NCBI RefSeq assembly: GCF_001194135.2
Contig: NC_068989.1
Location: 73,411,361-73,475,360 of the forward strand
Length of the DNA stretch: 64,000 nucleotides
Reading direction: 5' to 3'
From: Octopus bimaculoides
Lineage: Eukaryota
Both the position numbers and the translations under genes were made by a program. Below, in pieces: positions 63,439 through 64,000 of the stretch (within the stretch, counting starts at the first letter, position 1; every line of letters starts with the position of its first letter). The notes under the pieces were generated by a model that saw only the letters and a list, made by a program, of their open reading frames with translations, did not search any database and was not told the DNA's origin.

Positions 63439-64000
63439 AAACATTAAATATAATATTCAAAATAACTGATAGGTAATAAACCAGCAAATTCATTGGATTT
63501 TTTTATCCCTTAGTGGGGTATTTATGATATATCATGATATATATTAACTTGACAGAGAATATCCATATACTTAAGGCACTAGTTTTTCAGTCAAATAACA
63601 GGCGGGCTGTTCTATTGAAGAATCTATGTCCAAGATGTCTGAAATCTTTTCATTCTTCATAGCAACCAGATTTATTGACACCAAGACATTCTCTCTGATT
63701 TTATTACCATTGTTGCTGACACAGGCCTTCACAGTTTCCAAGGATTCCAGTTGTTAACCAAACAAACTGACAGACTAGTAATCAGAAACTAATACAGAAA
63801 GTAACATTATGCAAGTTTTTTATGAAGACAATGTAAATAAAAGTATCAAACTCTGGAAAACCAATAAAAAGTTTCTTTGGTATGCAACAGTAGCACACTC
63901 TTTAGATCCAATGTTTGCAGTTTGGTTACTTCGTTTCATTCACTCTGTCATTGCATATCTGGGGATTATGGAGGGAAAAAAAGTATTTAAAACCTAATTT

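Overview
This is an AT-rich, repeat-dense eukaryotic window from a gapped short-read assembly, with 10 N-gaps totalling about 4.2 kb, several of them abutting (TA)n tracts. The SINE repertoire and microsatellite density point to a coleoid cephalopod, most likely Octopus; that is inferred from recognition, not from a search. I find no complete protein-coding gene, rRNA, true tRNA or CRISPR array, and almost all ORFs in the supplied track are microsatellite, gap or SINE artefacts. The window looks like a very large intron or intergenic tract. It contains decayed LINE fragments (CR1/Jockey-like, RTE, R4/Dong-like), at least four SINE-like families in many copies, two TTAA-flanked piggyBac-type MITE families, and a GG-terminal MITE with an 8-bp TSD that carries head-to-head TTAGGG repeats. 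The most notable unexplained structures are that MITE, a non-tRNA retroposon built from about 65-bp double-hairpin units, several near-perfect or long inverted repeats (possible dsRNA/ADAR substrates if transcribed), and a 33-nt minus-strand exon candidate with strong splice signals. I cannot claim a new biological system from this sequence alone. Repeat boundaries are approximate unless a TSD or TIR is quoted.
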